Of a stretch of 54,531 nucleotides of DNA, positions 48,055 to 54,531 are shown piece after piece (within the stretch, counting starts at the first letter, position 1; the number at the start of each line of letters is the position of its first letter). The position numbers and the translations under genes were made by a program. Source of the stretch: Spirochaetia bacterium (lineage in GTDB: Bacteria; Spirochaetota; Spirochaetia; SP-2023); the NCBI GenBank assembly GCA_965225855.1, contig CBDDCK010000003.1:1-54531 (forward strand), written 5' to 3'. The notes beneath the pieces are model-generated. The model ran no database searches. It was not told the origin of the DNA and saw only the letters and a program-made list of their open reading frames with translations.

Positions 48055-48255
48055 AAGCAATACCTCCAACAAGGGATAAAGATTAGCCAACCCATACGGG
48101 CTAGTGCATAGAGCCCTATTGTGTTAGGGGGGGAATTGAGTCAAGGCCCATATAAGCTTTTTGTAAGTTTTTTTGTGTTTGGGGTACTTTTTTTGTGTTA
48201 GTGTTGTTTTGTGTTGTAAGGTGGTTCAAAATCCATGCCAATCAAAAGGCTTGAG
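48055..48255 (-). promoter_or_regulatory. Conserved 5' module (copy 4)
   Basis: Proximal ~60 bp including TTGACT-CAATT-C7 identical to copy 1. Confidence 0.75.
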
Positions 48256-48468
48256 ATTATTTGAGATACCTTGGGTAAAAATTTGTAATACGCTAGACGC
48301 AGTCTGGGCGTTGCGTTGCGTATGATCGTACGAAACATCATGGCACAAAGTATAAGAATAAGAATTTGAGTTTTTTGTATCGCAGTACAGCCCAGTTTTT
48401 AGCAAACATATTATGATTTTTTTAGAGACTGCCACAGCCTCATTGGAAAATCCCTAGGTTGCCAATCA

Positions 48469-48511
48469 AAAAAGCTAGTAAGGTTTTGACTGAAAACCTT
48501 ACTAGCTTTTT
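48469..48511. repeat. Perfect 19-bp inverted repeat (REP-like hairpin)
   Basis: AAAAAGCTAGTAAGGTTTT-GACTG-AAAACCTTACTAGCTTTTT. Confidence 0.9.
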
Positions 48512-48684
48512 GAGACCGTGGCCCGTTACCATGATATTTTGAAAGCATATTGTTGCCCAATTACTGCCGACAATGGCCCATATGCCGAAAAACAAAAATT
48601 TTTTACTTGTTCCATTTGTGGCCAATTTGATATTTACCCATTATTTTTAATGTTTAGATGTTTAGATGTTTAGCCCCCAATTAG

Positions 48685-50475
<1,791 letters not shown>

Positions 50476-50567
50476 AGTGTACAATCCTTATAAAGGTTGC
50501 CGTTTTTTGTTTGTCATTTGTTTGTCAAGGGTAAGGCTACCAAGTTACCAAACTAATAAGTAAGCGC

Positions 50568-50596
50568 AAAGGCAGGAAACTATTCCCTGCCTTTTT
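50568..50596 (+). terminator. Intrinsic terminator after ilvC
   Basis: AAAGGCAGG-AAACTATTC-CCTGCC followed by a T6 run, between convergent genes. Confidence 0.75.
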
Positions 50597-50637
50597 TATT
50601 GTTGGGGGCGGTTAAGCTGTTACATTTAAATGGCTAA

Positions 50638-51360
50638 TCATGATTTCACGGTAAAAGTTACATCAGAAGCAATCTTTTTTAAAGTTTTGCTTACCTTATT
50701 ACTGCCACTGGCATAAGTGCGCACTTCCAGCCGATACTGCCCCAAAGATAGGGGAGATGGTACTAAATAAGCTAATTCGGAAGGTACATTATTGATTTTT
50801 CCGCTAAACTTATGCTCTGTGCCATCGCTGGCAATAGCATAAAGCCCTTCTTGATTATCGTTTGGATTGGCAGCCACTATTTTAATATTGCGGCCAAAAA
50901 TTTTTACCGGGCCGCTAGGGCTTAAATACTTGTCAAAACTATTGCTCAATATATCTTCTACTCTAACAATCTTACTTTCATTGCCAGAACTATATACTTT
51001 TTGCACTTCCACTTCGCTAAGCAAATCTTTTAGCTGTTTAGTCGCATTCATATTGATAACCAACTTATTTTCGCTAGGATTAAAATGGCTACTAACATCG
51101 TCAAAGCTACCTTTAATATCTAAATGCAAAGTAAAACAGCCTGTATTTAGGCCATGGCCATTTTTCACAATCTCGCCAATTACTTCGTCAAGACAAGTAA
51201 GGGAGGCCTCAATATCCGCCTTAGTTAAAGTCGTCCCTCGGTTTACCATCATTTCAATTAAACGTTGCCGGTTATAAATATCTTGCTGTACAACCCGTGC
51301 ATGGTAGCCCTTGGGGTTTGCCCCTAGGTGATTTTTAAATAATTCATATTGTAACGCCAT
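50638..51360 (-). CDS. DNA-binding protein: HU-like N-terminal domain plus DUF4469-like Ig domain
   Basis: LQYELFKNHL..YHARV..MVNRGTTLTKADI..NTGCF..IKGSF; C-terminal GRNIKI..NVPSEL..GQYRLEVRT. Confidence 0.72.
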   Translation of the reverse strand: MALQYELFKNHLGANPKGYHARVVQQDIYNRQRLIEMMVNRGTTLTKADIEASLTCLDEVIGEIVKNGHGLNTGCFTLHLDIKGSFDDVSSHFNPSENKLVINMNATKQLKDLLSEVEVQKVYSSGNESKIVRVEDILSNSFDKYLSPSGPVKIFGRNIKIVAANPNDNQEGLYAIASDGTEHKFSGKINNVPSELAYLVPSPLSLGQYRLEVRTYASGSNKVSKTLKKIASDVTFTVKS

Positions 51361-51414
51361 ACAACCCCCTACTAATTATATAAACATAGTTACAAAATTT
51401 GTCAATACTTTTAG

Positions 51415-51663
51415 CAAACCATAACCTAATAATGTACTTTTTAAAAGTAACAATTATGGATTGGGTAATTCCATAGTTATCGACTTGCCTCGTCCATACC
51501 TATGGACTGGTTACTTTGCTTAGTTATGGATTCAGATCATACTTAATCTAAATTTATTTGCATTGATCGTGAAACGCTTTACAACACTTTAAACAAAGAC
51601 CTACAAAAAAAGTATCAAAAACCTTGCAAGCCTCTTGACACAGTTTTTCTGCTAGGCTTAAAT
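51415..51663 (+). promoter_or_regulatory. Palindrome array plus lipoprotein-type promoter module
   Basis: TATGGA/TATCGA at 51455, 51478, 51501 (23-bp period), then A-tracts and CTTGACA; aligns to the reverse complement of 40240-40500. Confidence 0.7.
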
Positions 51664-51699
51664 AGCCGAAATAAAATCTTAGTTTGATAAGGAGTGACG

Positions 51700-51912
51700 A
51701 TGAGCCAGAATCATAAAGAGACTGAACCGTTGGCTAATAAAGATCAAGAGAATAGCACTTTTCAAAAGTCATATGTTGGTAAAGCAACACTAGAAAATTG
51801 GAAGGAGGCAAAAGTGGCCTTGGCTAAAATGAAGGAAAAAGTGGCTTTAGATAAAATGAAAGCAGAAAGCAGAAAAGTTGCTAATTCTAATGAAAAGACA
51901 AGCTCTGAATAA
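51700..51912 (+). CDS. Small hypothetical protein
   Basis: AAGGAG 5 nt before ATG 51700; K/E-rich with duplicated KVAL.KMK. Confidence 0.5.
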   Translation: MSQNHKETEPLANKDQENSTFQKSYVGKATLENWKEAKVALAKMKEKVALDKMKAESRKVANSNEKTSSE

Positions 51913-51923
51913 TTCTGAATAAT

Positions 51924-52358
51924 ATGGCTGAATGGTTAGCGGAATCGATATCTGCAATAGCCACAGTAGGAATTTGTTTGATTGCGTTTTGTCAGTTAAA
52001 AGGATTGAGAGATAGTATTACTTTACAAGTTGTGTTTGATATGGAGCGAGAACTTCATGAAAGGAAAAAGCTACTGGACTTTATTTCAAGCGAAATTCAG
52101 GAACGATCTCTAAAAAAAGATACTTCCGAAGAAGAAATAGAGATTTTAGAACGAAAGTTTTCAACTTCTGAAGAGAACTACTTAAATGTTGTTGAACGTT
52201 TAGCGTTTTTAATATTGAAGAAATACTTACAAAAAAAATGGGAAACGGAATATAAAGGATTGGTAGTCGGCATTGTAAATGATAACCCAAATAAATTTAA
52301 TATTGCAACCCCTTATACCAATATTGTTAAGCTATATGAAAAATGGAAGGATACTTGA
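51924..52358 (+). CDS. Hypothetical protein with N-terminal TM
   Basis: 144-aa AT-rich ORF, hydrophobic SISAIATVGICLIAF followed by a helical domain. Confidence 0.65.
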   Translation: MAEWLAESISAIATVGICLIAFCQLKGLRDSITLQVVFDMERELHERKKLLDFISSEIQERSLKKDTSEEEIEILERKFSTSEENYLNVVERLAFLILKKYLQKKWETEYKGLVVGIVNDNPNKFNIATPYTNIVKLYEKWKDT

Positions 52359-52494
52359 TTCCATATTGAATATAGTTTTATATATGCAACACTACACTGC
52401 AATAATTAAACAACAAGGCTTGGGTCTGAATACCCTTACTTACTCTTTTTTGTTGGGTTATGGCAGGCCATATGGCAGGCCAAGAGGGTTGGCT

Positions 52495-54456
52495 TTATTG
52501 CAAAACGTCAATAGCCGATTGAATATGCCCAAAAGGGGCACTGACCTGCAGGCCTTGGATAGGCCCACCATAACTTTTTAAAGCTTGCCAAATATCACGG
52601 GCGATAGCCACCCCTTCTGTTAAGCCCGCTTCCTTGGTACTGTGGCGGGCCATACGCTTGATTGCTTGCGCAGGTATCACTATACCCGGTACTTCATTGG
52701 CCAAAAACTCGGCATTCTTGTAACTAGCTAAAGGCCAAATGCCAACAATCACTGGAATGGAAGCAAGCCCCGCTTGGTCTAAGGAATTTTGGCAAAGCTC
52801 TAAACATTGTAATAAAGCTTCTGCGGCAAAAATGGGTTGAGTAATCGCAAAATCTGCTCCAGCAGCAACTTTTTCTACATAGCGCTTTACTTCTTGTTCC
52901 AAGTTCAGAGCCATAGGGTTTAGGGCGACTCCCACAGCATAGGAAACAGACTTTTTTAAAAAGCTAGAACCAATATCCTGCCCTTTTTTGAGCTTTTGCA
53001 GAGCTTGGGTTAGGCCAATGGCATCTATATCAAAAACGCCACTACTATCTGGGTAGTCCCCTAGCTTAGGTGGGTCTCCCGTTACGGCCAGTAAATTGCG
53101 TAAGCCAGAGGCATAACCGCCCAGTAAATCGGCTTGAATGCCAATTAAATTGCGATCTCGGCAGGTATAATGAAGAATGGTCTCAATGCCCACTTTTTGT
53201 TCAATTTCAATCGCGCTAAGCAACGGTGAAATTCGGGTACTGGCACGCGGCCCGTCTGGAATGTTAATGGCATCGACCCCAGCTTGATGGCATTGCTGGG
53301 CATTGCGCAAAAGTCGGCCATAAACAGGGGTGCGCGGCGGCAACAATTCAATAGAACTGACTAGCTCCCCTGCTGCTAGTTTAGCACCCCAACGCGACCG
53401 CTTGCCCAAAGGAATAGGGTCTATTTTTTCTTGCTTTGGTATATCTTTTGATGGAAGAATCTCTAAATATTGATGATTTAAGGAGCTCAATAACTTGGCG
53501 CATTCCTCAATATGTTCGGGCCGAGTACCACAGCAACCGCCGTAAGCAGCAACACCAATTTGATGGAAACGCTTTCCATACAGCGTAAAATACTCAGGCG
53601 TTGTCAGGTAAACCATGCGGCCATTGCTTTCTTGTGGGTAGCCTGCGTTGGGCCTTAGCACTAAAGGCTTGGGGCAACTGTGGATATTTTTTTCAGTAAA
53701 ATGGAATAACTGGGCTGGCCCCAAACCACAGTTTAATAATAATGCCGCAACTTCTTCACAAGTACCAAACCGTTGGACAAAGTCGGCCCAAGCAAAGCCT
53801 GAAGCACTGACACCTTGTTCGCCAATGGTCAGCCCCAATATTAGGGCGGGAGCAACGGCAAGTTTTTGATGCAGTTTGCCATAAGCACGGAATAAAGTTT
53901 CTAATTCTTCTCTATGGCTAAAGGTTTCTGCTAGGATTATATCTGGCTGTTCGGCTGGACCACCTTGGCACAGGGCCTCTAATTGTTCACTAAAAGCAGC
54001 CTCAACTTGTGCCTTTTTATTTTCTTGCCAAAGCTGTTTGGGCAAAAAGCAGGGGCCAACAGAAGCGGCCACCAAATGCCGAATTTTTGTTATTTTACCT
54101 TCATATTCATGGGGGTAAGTAGAGCGTAAGACAGCACGCAATAGGCTTAGCCCGGCTTGGTTTAGGGCAACCACATCACTTTCCAAGCCAAAGTTGGCTA
54201 GGCGGAAACGGTTGGCACTAAAGGTATTGGTGGTTAGTATATCCGCCCCAGCCTGAATATAGCGGCGGTGGATACTGGAAACTAAATCGGGATTGCGAAT
54301 ATTTTGTTCTTCAAAACTGCGGTTGAGTAGCACGCCTTCTGCGTATAGCTGGGTACCTATCGCACCATCAAAAAGCAAAAATTTCTGCTGGAAGTACTGC
54401 TTGAGCAGTGTTGTAGGGCTGGCATTTTCGGTTTGGTTCAAAGGTACTCCTTGCAA
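52495..54456 (-). CDS. yitJ: Bifunctional homocysteine S-methyltransferase / methylenetetrahydrofolate reductase
   Basis: DGAIGTQL, GADILTTNTF, NCGLGP, PNAGYP, GGCCGT, then INIPDGP, HYTCRDRNLIGIQ, TGDPP, GADFAITQPIF; exact start uncertain. Confidence 0.9.
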   Translation of the reverse strand: MQGVPLNQTENASPTTLLKQYFQQKFLLFDGAIGTQLYAEGVLLNRSFEEQNIRNPDLVSSIHRRYIQAGADILTTNTFSANRFRLANFGLESDVVALNQAGLSLLRAVLRSTYPHEYEGKITKIRHLVAASVGPCFLPKQLWQENKKAQVEAAFSEQLEALCQGGPAEQPDIILAETFSHREELETLFRAYGKLHQKLAVAPALILGLTIGEQGVSASGFAWADFVQRFGTCEEVAALLLNCGLGPAQLFHFTEKNIHSCPKPLVLRPNAGYPQESNGRMVYLTTPEYFTLYGKRFHQIGVAAYGGCCGTRPEHIEECAKLLSSLNHQYLEILPSKDIPKQEKIDPIPLGKRSRWGAKLAAGELVSSIELLPPRTPVYGRLLRNAQQCHQAGVDAINIPDGPRASTRISPLLSAIEIEQKVGIETILHYTCRDRNLIGIQADLLGGYASGLRNLLAVTGDPPKLGDYPDSSGVFDIDAIGLTQALQKLKKGQDIGSSFLKKSVSYAVGVALNPMALNLEQEVKRYVEKVAAGADFAITQPIFAAEALLQCLELCQNSLDQAGLASIPVIVGIWPLASYKNAEFLANEVPGIVIPAQAIKRMARHSTKEAGLTEGVAIARDIWQALKSYGGPIQGLQVSAPFGHIQSAIDVLQ

Positions 54457-54531
54457 ACTTGGGCTGGCTTTTAGAATTTAATTTCAGATTGCGGTTAACG
54501 TGGTGAAGAAAGGTAAAATATACAAGCGTAT

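Noticed and set aside
48650..48673. (ATGTTTAG)x3 microsatellite
   Set aside because: Lies in decayed intergenic sequence before a pseudogene; no evident function.

Overview
AT-rich (roughly 40% GC by eye) bacterial chromosome segment, probably spirochaete-like. That assignment is inferred from the many lipoproteins, the FGE-sulfatase gene before smpB and a Bdr-like coiled-coil protein; it is not proven. The left part (1-13.4 kb) holds a phage-baseplate-like remnant, a broken fluC/crcB, ptsI, a metallopeptidase lipoprotein, an outer-membrane protein, a fatty-acid hydroxylase, a solute-binding protein and smpB. From 13.4 kb on the window is a mosaic. Four co-oriented paralogous surface-lipoprotein genes (each with five ~120-aa repeats, near-identical frameworks and short hypervariable patches) plus a fifth 5' remnant alternate with metabolic blocks: uxuAB-uxaC with two TRAP systems and dgoD; pseB-C-G-H-I with tRNA-Ile; a Fur-boxed FecCD-type ABC operon with a fused flavin reductase; plant-type ilvC; an HU-like DNA-binding gene; and yitJ. 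The paralogs share a portable 5' module (phased A-tracts, TTGAC, poly-C run, co-varying stem) and a 3' module, and the same modules also flank an unrelated orphan ORF pair at 51.7-52.4 kb. Two ~640-bp inverted cassettes ending in CCACTACC-N5-GGTAGTGG-type sites bracket ~20 kb. Best candidate for an undescribed system: a recombination-driven, possibly phase-variable surface-lipoprotein repertoire with exchangeable flanking modules. No recombinase, integrase or reverse transcriptase gene is visible in the window. All family assignments come from motif recognition by eye; no database searches were run.
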